Below are positions 7,924-17,674 of a stretch of 64,000 nucleotides of DNA, piece by piece; positions within the stretch are counted from its first letter, which is position 1, and every line of letters starts with the position of its first letter. This DNA is from a virus. Taxonomy: Duplodnaviria > Caudoviricetes. Made by a program: the position numbers and the translations under genes. Location: positions 1 to 64,000 of the IMG/VR virus record IMGVR_UViG_3300017778_007091; one strand, given 5' to 3'. The notes under the pieces are model-generated. The model was not told where the DNA came from and ran no database searches. It saw only the letters and a program-made list of their open reading frames with translations.

Positions 7924-10896
7924 TTAAGCAGTCGTGACGGGAGAGGGCGCTGTTGTATTTATTGATGTGACGTCAACAGTACTCTTTTCAACATACTTGC
8001 TGATGACGCCAAGATCTCTAGCAAGGAGCGACGTTACAGTTCTAATAGAGCCTTGATTTGTGATGTTAAGATTTACTGACGTTGTAAACTGTCCATTCTT
8101 AATGCTGTGTTTGACGCTCGTGACTGTATATGTGTTGTCTAGCGTAGTGCCTGTTCCAAAATCGAAGTAGTATGTCTGACCCCTGTTGACAAGAGGCATG
8201 CCTAGCATTGTGACTGACAGGTTTCCTGGAATCACAAAGAGGTCTGCATCAATACCCGATGAAGTGTCAACAGTGGCATTTCCTAGCTGGTTCTTAATTC
8301 CTGAAAGTATATTGATGTTTGCAATATCTCCCGATGTTGCTGATGAATACGACGCATTAGTGATGACAGATCCTTCTGCACCAATTCTTATTGTGGGCAT
8401 GATGGACGTGATAAGCGATTTTGCATACTCACGATCTGTTTTGACAGTGTACTTGTTGGGACCGATTTTTTCTGCAGTAAAACCGCCTTCACTGCCGGGT
8501 GCAGTTGTTGTTAAGTTTCCTGTCTTTGACGTGATGGCAGCATTCAGTATGTTAACGCTTCTATACCCGGAGTTTGCTTCGTCATAAATGAAGACATTAA
8601 GCACGTTCTTGACTGCCTTAGTCTCAGTGTCTATGAAATTTGAAACTTCTGTATGAAATTTTATACGCGGAACTGTGAATTTTGTCTCGTACGTCACAGC
8701 AATTCCTGCATTTCTACGCGCAACATAGATGTTCTCTATCGCAGTATCAAAGTCTTTTTGTATCTTGTCTCTTGTCGCCGTGTAAGACGCGGTGTCCTCT
8801 TCATCTATTTCAGTATCATCTGCTTTCCGCTTAGCAAGTTCTTCATTGTCTCTCTGTTGGTCGAGCAATGCCTGCTGGAGGCCGTAAGCGGGCGAAGATG
8901 CACGTCCTGTAAAAGACAGAATCTTGCTCATCGCTGTAAAAACACTCATGTTTTTTGACAATGCGTATCGCATGTCAGCTAAGCTAACTGGGAAAGCACC
9001 GATATTGACACCAGACATTTCTGCTGCGTGGTCATTGAAATCAAAGAATGTGACTCTAATCTCATCGTATATGTTTGCAATTGCTAAAGGCACCGTAAAA
9101 AGCCTATAAATAACATCACCAAGCGCCCCGATGTTTCTATTAGCGTCGGTTGCAGCTTTGTCGTCTGTTGATCCAAGCGCAAGTTGCATGTTTAAGTCAG
9201 CTTTAGATAACACAGAATCTAGCGGTTTGCCTTTATACATCTGTATAAAATCTGAGTTGTCGTAATTAGGAAAACCGCTTGATACGTCTAATCCTGTTTC
9301 AATCGCAGCTCTAATCTGGCCCTGATTCACATTTAATGATGTGTCGCTTTTTTGTGCCACTGATGTTGACCACGCATTTGGGTTCGTAATCAGCGCAGTC
9401 AGCTCTTTTTTAAGCGTCGTGATGTCTTGCTTGTTTTGAGCTTTTTCGACAGCTTTTACTATTTTAGCATATGTGCTTACGGGAACCCATTTATCACTTG
9501 TGTCCCAATTCTCAACCTTGATAGGCGTCTCATCAGCGCCGATGTAGATTAGCGCAGGCTTTTCTTTTTCGCCATCAGGCGCATTTGGCATTTTTTTTGC
9601 AAAAAGATTGATGACCTGATTCACTTGAGCCCTGATTAGCTCATATGAAACGTAGTCACCTGTCAAGATTGACGTGCTCTTCATTGTGAACTCACCCAAG
9701 CCCGTGAGCTGGATCTTGACTGTCATTGACGTACTGTCTCTATTTGAAAGAGACGCAGAAGAAATCCCGAACAGCTGCTTGATTCGCAGCGCATTTAGGA
9801 ACTTTGCATAGACATTTGTTGTGAAAGGATTATCATCAGGATGTGACCAACCCCACTCAATTTCAGCCTTGACTGTCGGGTAGGCTGACGGTGATACAAG
9901 TGGAGAAATTTCAGACAGCCTTGACCTATCATGAAGCACCAATCCTAGGTCGATCTTAGATTGTGTTGCCATGAAATTTTGACTGACTGCGGACACATCA
10001 ATATTAATTGAGTCAATTGATGCAAGCGGTTGCATTGGATCAAGGACTCTAATTCCTCTCGTCGCTGCATATGTGGCATTTGAGTTTATGTCTGGATTTA
10101 TTGTGGTCTGGGGCGCAAGAAACAGCTCCATCCCAGACACTGTATTTCCAACTTTCGCTCCCAGGACTTGCGAAGGAATGCCACCAAATGCATCAGGAAC
10201 TGATGATAGCATGCCTGCGGTACCTTTCACTTTTTGTTTTGCAGACCCTAAAAAAGACTCGAGATTTAGAAAAGGCATTCCAGTTGAGTCTCCTGGAATG
10301 TTCTGTATGAAATTAATCCTAAAGAAGGGAACGCATTGAGAAAACTCTGTCGAAGGAATTAAGTTGGCAAATATTGCTACATAATCTGCGCCACGATTTG
10401 AAAAATTTATTCCTACTCCGGAATTCTTTATCGCCAGAGTGTTGATTTTGGTGAATGACTCACCAAATTCATTTTTTGCTGCAAGCAACTGGCCATTTGA
10501 TCCCGAGGCGTGATTTATGAAGTGTGCTGCAATAGAATTAACGTCAGGTGCAGGTTTTGGGTCTGAGGTCCCTTTATCGCCTTTGCTCTTATCTAAGGCG
10601 GCGGCTGTTTCTTCTTGGTTTTCTTTTGTCGGTGTCTGGACTGTCGTAAGACTTAACAGCGTATCAATTGCTGCCTGTAGAGAATTGTTAGACGCGAGCA
10701 TTGAAGACATGATCGATGAATTGGCATCATTTGCCGTATTTATATTTTCCAGGCCAGTGATTGCAGAGATAATGTTTGCAGACCTGTATAGGCGCAAATA
10801 CTGCATGAGCGAATCAGTTGCATCATTAAGCTGCGTTTTTGACCCACCAGACAGTCTTGCTTCTGTTTCTGCTAAGATTTTTTTATCACCAGGCAT
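7924..10896 (-). CDS. Baseplate hub protein (gp27 / late-control-D-like C-terminus), large virion protein
   Basis: 990 aa; C-terminal SVTMLGMP....GQ.YY.DFGTGT.LDN.Y.VTSVKHSI..GQFTTS pattern of hub proteins; follows the LysM and tube-initiator genes. Confidence 0.6.
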   Translation of the reverse strand: MPGDKKILAETEARLSGGSKTQLNDATDSLMQYLRLYRSANIISAITGLENINTANDANSSIMSSMLASNNSLQAAIDTLLSLTTVQTPTKENQEETAAALDKSKGDKGTSDPKPAPDVNSIAAHFINHASGSNGQLLAAKNEFGESFTKINTLAIKNSGVGINFSNRGADYVAIFANLIPSTEFSQCVPFFRINFIQNIPGDSTGMPFLNLESFLGSAKQKVKGTAGMLSSVPDAFGGIPSQVLGAKVGNTVSGMELFLAPQTTINPDINSNATYAATRGIRVLDPMQPLASIDSINIDVSAVSQNFMATQSKIDLGLVLHDRSRLSEISPLVSPSAYPTVKAEIEWGWSHPDDNPFTTNVYAKFLNALRIKQLFGISSASLSNRDSTSMTVKIQLTGLGEFTMKSTSILTGDYVSYELIRAQVNQVINLFAKKMPNAPDGEKEKPALIYIGADETPIKVENWDTSDKWVPVSTYAKIVKAVEKAQNKQDITTLKKELTALITNPNAWSTSVAQKSDTSLNVNQGQIRAAIETGLDVSSGFPNYDNSDFIQMYKGKPLDSVLSKADLNMQLALGSTDDKAATDANRNIGALGDVIYRLFTVPLAIANIYDEIRVTFFDFNDHAAEMSGVNIGAFPVSLADMRYALSKNMSVFTAMSKILSFTGRASSPAYGLQQALLDQQRDNEELAKRKADDTEIDEEDTASYTATRDKIQKDFDTAIENIYVARRNAGIAVTYETKFTVPRIKFHTEVSNFIDTETKAVKNVLNVFIYDEANSGYRSVNILNAAITSKTGNLTTTAPGSEGGFTAEKIGPNKYTVKTDREYAKSLITSIMPTIRIGAEGSVITNASYSSATSGDIANINILSGIKNQLGNATVDTSSGIDADLFVIPGNLSVTMLGMPLVNRGQTYYFDFGTGTTLDNTYTVTSVKHSIKNGQFTTSVNLNITNQGSIRTVTSLLARDLGVISKYVEKSTVDVTSINTTAPSPVTTA

Positions 10897-11195
10897 CAGG
10901 AATTTCTCAAAATATTGTATATGAGTGTTAGGTCGGTTGGGACTCTAACTAGTGTGCCAGCAGGCAATTGGAGACCCCATCCGATGCCGCTTGCAGCAGC
11001 AATGACCCACCAGAGCGATGAGTCACCATAGACGCTGCCTGCAAGCTGGTCGAGACGTTGTGTGTCAGAAAGCTGGTAGATCTGTGTAGGTATGGCACCT
11101 GAGTCAACTGCATTGAAGATTGCAGTTGACTGTGTCGTCGTCGCGACTCTAATCCCATTAACGGTAGGTAGAAAGTAGTATCGGCTAGTTGCCAT
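10896..11195 (-). CDS. LysM-like baseplate wedge protein (gp53 / tail X-like)
   Basis: RLDQLAGSVYGDSSLWWVIAAAS.....LQLPAGTLVRVP motif; position in the tail module. Confidence 0.8.
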   Translation of the reverse strand: MATSRYYFLPTVNGIRVATTTQSTAIFNAVDSGAIPTQIYQLSDTQRLDQLAGSVYGDSSLWWVIAAASGIGWGLQLPAGTLVRVPTDLTLIYNILRNS

Positions 11196-11216
11196 TTAGG
11201 ACCTCGTACACATTTA

Positions 11217-14200
11217 TTAAATTGAAAAACCCTTCGTGCTGAAGTTTGCTATCTTAGATGCCCATTCATTTTCATCAATAAATTTAGAACTGGTCTCTCT
11301 GCCATAATTTTCGTATCTAAACTTAGATTTATTACCAATGTCGGGCAATGGATCGCCTGCAAGCACATTCATTGTTGCACCAACATTGTAGTTAGGTGCT
11401 CTATTGGCTCCATAGTAATCAAGACCAGGTGCGATGTCGTGTACTGGATCAAAACCGATCGTTATCTTGCAGCCCATAGGCGCTCTTGAGTTCCACCTTG
11501 TGTCCCACGGGAATGATGCATCAAGCCATGTAAAATTCATGCTTGTGATTACGCCTGGCAGACCTCGCCCCATTGAACCTTCAATTGAACCCACGATTGG
11601 ATTCTGCACAGGTGCCAAGAATTGCCTAAATATCGAACCGAACAAGTCATATGCAATCTGTGAATTAATTGGGAAACCTGCCGTGTTTGACATGTTGACA
11701 ACAGAACCCAATCCTTGGCTTAGCGCACTATTGGCTGCGCCTGGACCGCTTTTGATACTTGCAAGTTCCATAAGTGCTAATATTAGATTGTTATAATATG
11801 CGTCTGGATCGATGAGACATTGGTCGAGTGTAACAACACAAGTTTGGCTTTCAAGCATTGACGTGTTAAATGTGCCTAATTCATCTCTGCTATTTTTAGT
11901 TAGTGTTGTGACAAGCAAACCGGGATTTGAAATCTTTACTCGCACGCGAGTTGGCTGTCCGGCAGTTGAGCCATCTCTTCTCTTATCATTATCAGGTGAA
12001 GGATCTAAGACTTCAATAACTCTGATCTCTGTATTTCTTGTAATCTTTACATAAGTCCCGCCTGCCGCTGCGCTATTTGGGTCTTTGAAGAAATAAGGAT
12101 TTATGCTAGGTTTTAGAAATATTTTTCCATACAGCTCAGAATTTAAAGTATTAAACACTCTATCCGGGGGTATGAAAGAATACCTCGTTGTCTTCTTAAA
12201 CATATTTTGAATATAAATAATTGGGTTTACAAAGCCATTAATAAGAAGATTATCTGCGGCATCTTTTATTACAACTCCTGCATATTTTGCACCTACTCCC
12301 CCGCTTAATGAATCTGCGACTAATTCAATCGGAGATGCGATTGCAGCAAGCAGAGGTGCCATCATAACGCTTGTTTGAAAATTAAATGTATTTGATCCAA
12401 TATTTCGTGCAGGTTTCGCGCCGTCTGTGACACCTGATTGATCAGGTGCAGCTTCACCAACTTCATTATTTCCTGCACCAAAAATTCTACCAAGCGCAAA
12501 TCTAGAATAATTGCTCTTGATCACGTCTCCTATTCTAAGCCTGATGAGCGGTGATGCACCAACAACTTGGCTGAAGGGCTGTTCAAATTGAAAATCTTTG
12601 ACAGGTGTATTAAAACCGTTTTTAGAGACGGTAAAGTAATTAAAAGGATTCCCAGATGTTTTTGTCAAGACGCCTTTTGTATATTGAGGATACAACAACG
12701 TGACAAGCTTATTGATCTTTACCCACATCTCATCAAAATCTTCAGGTGACGTTGCGACGATGTAAAAGGAAGCGCCAATTGAACGTTTCGTGTTGTTGTA
12801 ATTCTTGACGCCGTCTGCACGGCCGTGCATAACAGGAGAATTATAATTTGCCGTGTAGTTATCAGTCAAAGACTCAAGGAATGCGTGCAGTCCTATGACT
12901 TCATTAGTTCTCATATCGTGAAAGTAAAAAGGAACATACTCGGCATCAAGTCTATTCTCAAGACCATTGACAACTTCTATCGGAATTCGACCTTTTGTCC
13001 TTGCAGAAATGTATGTCTTTTCTAGCAGAGATGTTGACATTGTCCCCTTGACAGCATTTGGTCCGTCAAGTATGTAATCCATGTCAAGTGTTGCAGCTAT
13101 CAAAGACGGTGGTAGCAACAGCGCACTTGCAATTGAGCTGTGACGCCAAGCTAGCGAAAGTGCGCTGGGTCCTGCCGGGTCTCTGCTCTTCATCATTCTA
13201 GTCCCAGGCAATGTCTCAATTGAATTAGTTGAGAATGCTGTGTCTAAGTGTCTTGAAACTTCTTCTGGATTCTTGGCTGGGTCATCTCCCCCATCAAGAT
13301 ACGCGATTAGTTTAGTGTAACCTATCTGCGCAAATACGTTAGTAACAGAAAGTGCTTTAGATCTGGCAAGATTTGCAATTGACAAAGCAAGATATTCAAC
13401 ATTGCCGCTCTGCGTTGAATTTTCAAATAGCTTTACGATTCTGACAGTGCTTCTAGCAACGGCATTCCAAAAACCCCATGACATTGCAAGTCGTTGAGTT
13501 GTTGCTGCGACATCGCTTGAACTTGCAGAATTACCTGTTATTGATTCAACGACCTTGGTTGTGCTTACGTTAATAAAGCTATTTGTTGCAATTGACGTTG
13601 GATCTATTCCAGAGATTCCATCAGCCGTAATATCAATTCCTAGACAGAGTTTTAAGCCTTCTTCAACGCAACGTCTGTATGAGTATCTTCCTGTATTAGC
13701 AATGACTGCGCCGGCGATCGCTCTAAGCATCGAATCAGTCTTAGTCCTTGTTGATCTACCCATATAAAATGGCCCAAGACCATTTGTGATAAGTGATTCA
13801 TCTTTTAGAAAGCTCGAATGATTGACAAGTGCTTCTTCTATTATGATTGCCAAAGCAACCATGGAAATAGCTGACTGGTGTATGGCAACTTGTGGATTTG
13901 ATGACGGTTCAAAGCCCATTGCGTCTGTAAAAGGTGAGTCAGGAGTGTAGACTGTCGTATTGCCTAAAGTGTACTTTGCAGTTGATAGGTCTTTTTCAAC
14001 GGCCTCGTTTCTACCTGCAAGAAATGATGCTTCGCCATCGGTCGGTGCAGGATATGACTCTCTTGCACGGACTTGATCCGGAAGTAGCATAGATACGATG
14101 CTTGGGTACTGTGATAACAAAGCAGGATCAAGGTCATCTATGAAATTTTGTGGATCAGTTGAAGTCGCTGCTGTATTTGAAGGATCCCAGCCTGTTGCCT

Positions 14201-14969
14201 TCAATAGAAGGCTAGGAGCAGTCTGCACAAGTTGCTGAAGGGTCTTGGCAGTTGAGTCTTCAGTGCCACCGAGATCGGCAATTTGGTAGACGCCCTTCTC
14301 GCGCTGGAATGAGTATTTGACAGCGCCATCAACATTTCCCGAATTGATCTCAGGCTCTATGAAGTCAGAACCTTCAGACACTGACGTGTACTTGTTGTAC
14401 TTCTTGAGCATCTTAAACGTTGCAGGAACTGCAGGTGACTGTCCTGTGACCCTATCTGACAATTCGTCGTCAGGTAGCACACTTGAAATTGCATCAGGGC
14501 CATAGACACCCGTATTTGAGCCTAGTTTGTCTATGAAGCTTTCTACATTTGTCCCGGACTCATTAAAGTAGTTTGTCGTTGTCGGTTGTTCATTTGACGG
14601 AGACCACACATCTTGTTGACCCGACGATCCTTCAGGAGGCTGCAACGCGGATCCGCGCGTAGTCGGTGATGAGTACTCGGCATTTCCTACATTCTCAATC
14701 GGAAACTCATTACGCCACTCAGGAATCTGACTTGTGATGTAATTGACGTAGTTTTGTGCAATGCCGTTCTCTGACATGACACCAATGAGCGGTCTGCCCG
14801 TGTTCGGGTCCACAGCAAGATCGGGATTTGACTCAACAGGTATGAGGCCGTCGCCAAAAGGCGCACCTGGATTTGTCGCGACACGATATGAGATTGTATC
14901 TGCTGCAGTGCTATCACCACTGCTACCAGGTGGTCTAAGAAATGACTTAAGCGTCTCTCTTGTTATCAT
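11217..14969 (-). CDS. Large baseplate / tail-tube initiator-type protein
   Basis: 1250 aa; YVPFYFHDMRTNE....AFLESLTDNY...GRAD....Y..T.RSI..SF and GLPGVITSMNFTW..PWD segments of tube-initiator-like proteins; between tape measure and LysM genes. Confidence 0.6.
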   Translation of the reverse strand: MITRETLKSFLRPPGSSGDSTAADTISYRVATNPGAPFGDGLIPVESNPDLAVDPNTGRPLIGVMSENGIAQNYVNYITSQIPEWRNEFPIENVGNAEYSSPTTRGSALQPPEGSSGQQDVWSPSNEQPTTTNYFNESGTNVESFIDKLGSNTGVYGPDAISSVLPDDELSDRVTGQSPAVPATFKMLKKYNKYTSVSEGSDFIEPEINSGNVDGAVKYSFQREKGVYQIADLGGTEDSTAKTLQQLVQTAPSLLLKATGWDPSNTAATSTDPQNFIDDLDPALLSQYPSIVSMLLPDQVRARESYPAPTDGEASFLAGRNEAVEKDLSTAKYTLGNTTVYTPDSPFTDAMGFEPSSNPQVAIHQSAISMVALAIIIEEALVNHSSFLKDESLITNGLGPFYMGRSTRTKTDSMLRAIAGAVIANTGRYSYRRCVEEGLKLCLGIDITADGISGIDPTSIATNSFINVSTTKVVESITGNSASSSDVAATTQRLAMSWGFWNAVARSTVRIVKLFENSTQSGNVEYLALSIANLARSKALSVTNVFAQIGYTKLIAYLDGGDDPAKNPEEVSRHLDTAFSTNSIETLPGTRMMKSRDPAGPSALSLAWRHSSIASALLLPPSLIAATLDMDYILDGPNAVKGTMSTSLLEKTYISARTKGRIPIEVVNGLENRLDAEYVPFYFHDMRTNEVIGLHAFLESLTDNYTANYNSPVMHGRADGVKNYNNTKRSIGASFYIVATSPEDFDEMWVKINKLVTLLYPQYTKGVLTKTSGNPFNYFTVSKNGFNTPVKDFQFEQPFSQVVGASPLIRLRIGDVIKSNYSRFALGRIFGAGNNEVGEAAPDQSGVTDGAKPARNIGSNTFNFQTSVMMAPLLAAIASPIELVADSLSGGVGAKYAGVVIKDAADNLLINGFVNPIIYIQNMFKKTTRYSFIPPDRVFNTLNSELYGKIFLKPSINPYFFKDPNSAAAGGTYVKITRNTEIRVIEVLDPSPDNDKRRDGSTAGQPTRVRVKISNPGLLVTTLTKNSRDELGTFNTSMLESQTCVVTLDQCLIDPDAYYNNLILALMELASIKSGPGAANSALSQGLGSVVNMSNTAGFPINSQIAYDLFGSIFRQFLAPVQNPIVGSIEGSMGRGLPGVITSMNFTWLDASFPWDTRWNSRAPMGCKITIGFDPVHDIAPGLDYYGANRAPNYNVGATMNVLAGDPLPDIGNKSKFRYENYGRETSSKFIDENEWASKIANFSTKGFSI

Positions 14970-15126
14970 TTATATTCCCTACTGTTATAGGTATCTCTCC
15001 CATGAGCTCAAGGAGACGTGCGGCATTTTTCTCATCGCGCAGCATGGATTCCAACATGACCATTATATTTTTGACAGATTCTTCTGTCTCTTTCCTGTGT
15101 TTCTCAATCTCTTCTTCAGGCGTCAT
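14947..15126 (-). CDS. Small hypothetical protein (59 aa), not in the ORF track
   Basis: Hand translation MTPEEEIEKHRKETEESVKNIMVMLESMLRDEKNAARLLELMGEIPITVGNINDNKRDA; SD GAGGA 8 nt upstream; fills the gap after the tape measure gene. Confidence 0.6.
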   Translation of the reverse strand: MTPEEEIEKHRKETEESVKNIMVMLESMLRDEKNAARLLELMGEIPITVGNINDNKRDA

Positions 15127-15137
15127 TAAATCTGTCC

Positions 15138-17411
15138 TCAGGCTGTTGCCGTTACAATTTTAACTCTTCCAGTTCCCCTGCCGTTATTCGTATTTACGAC
15201 AATGCCGTCTTCGCTCGAAGCTATTTCAACAATTTTTGCCATCACAATGCTTTCGATTGCTTCACTGTTGACTTCAACCTTGACTGTAAGGTTTGCCTCG
15301 CCGCTCACTTCTGATTTGACTGTAGTAGGCTGTGCGGCGGAAGCTACGATAGGTTCAACTGCAGAAGCGGCTCCCGCGGCTGGTGCTGGAGTTGTAGGAT
15401 TGACTGCTGCAGTAGCTGCGCTCGTCTCGAGCGCTTTTGCTTGCGCCGCAACAGTCGCTGTAATTGATGCGCCAGAGATTTCTTGGAGAATTGTATTTAA
15501 TCCTTCTTCATTGCCTTTTGAAAAATTCTCCGCGATAGACTTATATTGTGCAGGTGTGAATTGATCACCTAATTTACTTTTTAGTTGCTTGTCAATAAAT
15601 TCTGAAGAGAGACCTGTGTCAAGTGTGTCTAGGACACGTTTAACACCATCGAAGCGATCTTTTTCTTTGTCAAATGTGGTTGCAACAAATCTGTCAAATT
15701 CTGAATCTTCTTTAAATTTAGATTTGATCTCGGTGACTTTTTGGAGTGCTGCCCCGATGGGTGTTGTTATTTTGAATGCGCCGTCAGCGTATCCTGAACC
15801 TAATTTTTCCATGTCTGCTTGCCCAGCAATTAGGACTTTTTTGACACCTTCCATACCACTTTTAAATCCGTCAATGACTCCTTGCATAAGTGGGCTAGGC
15901 GATTCTCCTATTAAAGGCTTAAACCTTTTAATAATTTCTGCTGGGTCCATATGCGTCAAAAGCTGGTCAAAGTCTTTTCCTAACTTTTGAAGCTGCGTTG
16001 ATGATGTTTTGGCAATAGTAGCGATTCCTTCACCAACGGCCTCCATTCCCTTGTTCCATACGGGAAGGCCTGCAACTAGATTATTAGATGCCTCAATTGA
16101 AAGCCTTTGCATTCCTTTTGCAAGATCTTCTGTTGCTGCATAGAGCTTTAATGTATTTTGATAACCTTTCTCTGCATTTTTGACTGCGTCTTCCATCTGT
16201 GTCGCAAGACCACCTGACTGTGCTAGTTCATCATCAAGCGCTTTTCCTCTAACATCTGCAGACTCTGCAGCCGCATCGATCATATCAGTATAGTTTTGAG
16301 TCGTCCCTTCAATCTCTGAGTTTAGTAGCGTCTGTAATTGCTTGACTGATGAAAATCCTAGCTGCTTTGACAGATAAACCTGTTCCTGGTGTGAGAGGTT
16401 CTCAAGAGTAACACCTTGCTCAATAAGATTCTGCTTCAGAGTCTTAAAGAACTCTTCTTTATCTTCGTTTGCGAGATAGAAGAGCTCCATAGCATCAAGT
16501 GAAGCGCCTGTGACAGCAGCAATGTTGCTAATAGCCTGCGTGGCTCCTTCAAAACCCATAAACTTGGAAGAGACCGTTCTAACATCTTCCATGTCGAAAC
16601 CTAATTGACGCATGGCTACACTCAACGATGCCATTTGTGGTATCGACATATTTCCAAAATTCTCAAAGTCCTTAACAAGACGTTGCAAATCGTCTGATAT
16701 TGCCTGCCGGTTTACACCTGTCACTTTTTCAGCTGCAATAACGGTTGCCGCGTAATCTTCAACAATCTTACCTGTAATCTTGCCTGTCCTTGAAAATTCA
16801 TCTTGGAACAGCGCAGTGACTGTTTCACCGCGTACTTTAAGTCCGTCTGTCAGCAATTGTGTAGTTTTAGCAGTGTTGTAACCTGTATCAGAAGAGAGCT
16901 GCTCGAGGCCTGCATTGAATAGACGCGTCTCTCTAAGCACGTTAGTAAAATAAGATTTAGATAACTGCGCTTGATTTGTATAAACGAGGTTAAGCTGTGT
17001 CGAAATTCCTTCTCCTGCCGCCACAGAATCACCAGCCAGCTTAGTCCTAAAATCATCTAGTGATGTCCCAATGTCTCTTGCTTGCTGGTTTATCTTAGCA
17101 GAACCATCAGACATCATTCCAAAAACATTAGAACCTGCAATTGCGGCGGCAATTCGATTTGGCGCCATAGCAAGATCATAAACTTCATTAAATGATTGCG
17201 CCATATCTGATGAAGCAAGTGCAGCATTTGCTCTTACTTGACCGTAGCCTAGCGCCATTTTTGCTAATAGCTCTGGATGCTTTTCAACTTCTTGTCGGAG
17301 ACCTTGGAACGCAGATGTGACCTTTGTCGTGTCAGCACCTAGCGCATTAAATTGTTCAATAAGCGCGTCTTGAGTGCTTTGCAAAGTTTTTAAAATTTCT
17401 GCTTGATCCAT
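15138..17411 (-). CDS. Tail tape measure protein
   Basis: 757 aa, Ala/Leu/Gln-rich and helical; directly downstream of the tube and chaperone genes. Confidence 0.75.
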   Translation of the reverse strand: MDQAEILKTLQSTQDALIEQFNALGADTTKVTSAFQGLRQEVEKHPELLAKMALGYGQVRANAALASSDMAQSFNEVYDLAMAPNRIAAAIAGSNVFGMMSDGSAKINQQARDIGTSLDDFRTKLAGDSVAAGEGISTQLNLVYTNQAQLSKSYFTNVLRETRLFNAGLEQLSSDTGYNTAKTTQLLTDGLKVRGETVTALFQDEFSRTGKITGKIVEDYAATVIAAEKVTGVNRQAISDDLQRLVKDFENFGNMSIPQMASLSVAMRQLGFDMEDVRTVSSKFMGFEGATQAISNIAAVTGASLDAMELFYLANEDKEEFFKTLKQNLIEQGVTLENLSHQEQVYLSKQLGFSSVKQLQTLLNSEIEGTTQNYTDMIDAAAESADVRGKALDDELAQSGGLATQMEDAVKNAEKGYQNTLKLYAATEDLAKGMQRLSIEASNNLVAGLPVWNKGMEAVGEGIATIAKTSSTQLQKLGKDFDQLLTHMDPAEIIKRFKPLIGESPSPLMQGVIDGFKSGMEGVKKVLIAGQADMEKLGSGYADGAFKITTPIGAALQKVTEIKSKFKEDSEFDRFVATTFDKEKDRFDGVKRVLDTLDTGLSSEFIDKQLKSKLGDQFTPAQYKSIAENFSKGNEEGLNTILQEISGASITATVAAQAKALETSAATAAVNPTTPAPAAGAASAVEPIVASAAQPTTVKSEVSGEANLTVKVEVNSEAIESIVMAKIVEIASSEDGIVVNTNNGRGTGRVKIVTATA

Positions 17412-17428
17412 ATTTTAGCCGCCTATTT

Positions 17429-17674
17429 CTATTTATTTCTCTTACCGAGAACTTGCGAAATCGGCGTATCATCATCAATCTCGATACCGCCCGTTGTTGT
17501 TGTGTTTGTCGGTGCTGAAGTTTTGATGAGTCTCTCAATAAACCAATGTCGATATCGAACAGGCATCTTCCACAAGTCAGAATAGCTAATATTGACTCGC
17601 GTCATTAGCAAAAAGAATTGTTCGAGGAGCTCTTCTCGATACTCAGGTCGAAGGCCAAAAAAATGATATCCCAA
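17429..17674 (-). CDS. Tail assembly chaperone T-segment, probably expressed as a frameshift fusion
   Basis: Overlaps the end of the upstream chaperone ORF in the +1 frame across a T7 run; only a TTG start; YSDLWKMPVRYRHWFIERL resembles GT-type chaperone tails. Confidence 0.65.
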   Translation of the reverse strand: MGYHFFGLRPEYREELLEQFFLLMTRVNISYSDLWKMPVRYRHWFIERLIKTSAPTNTTTTGGIEIDDDTPISQVLGKRNK

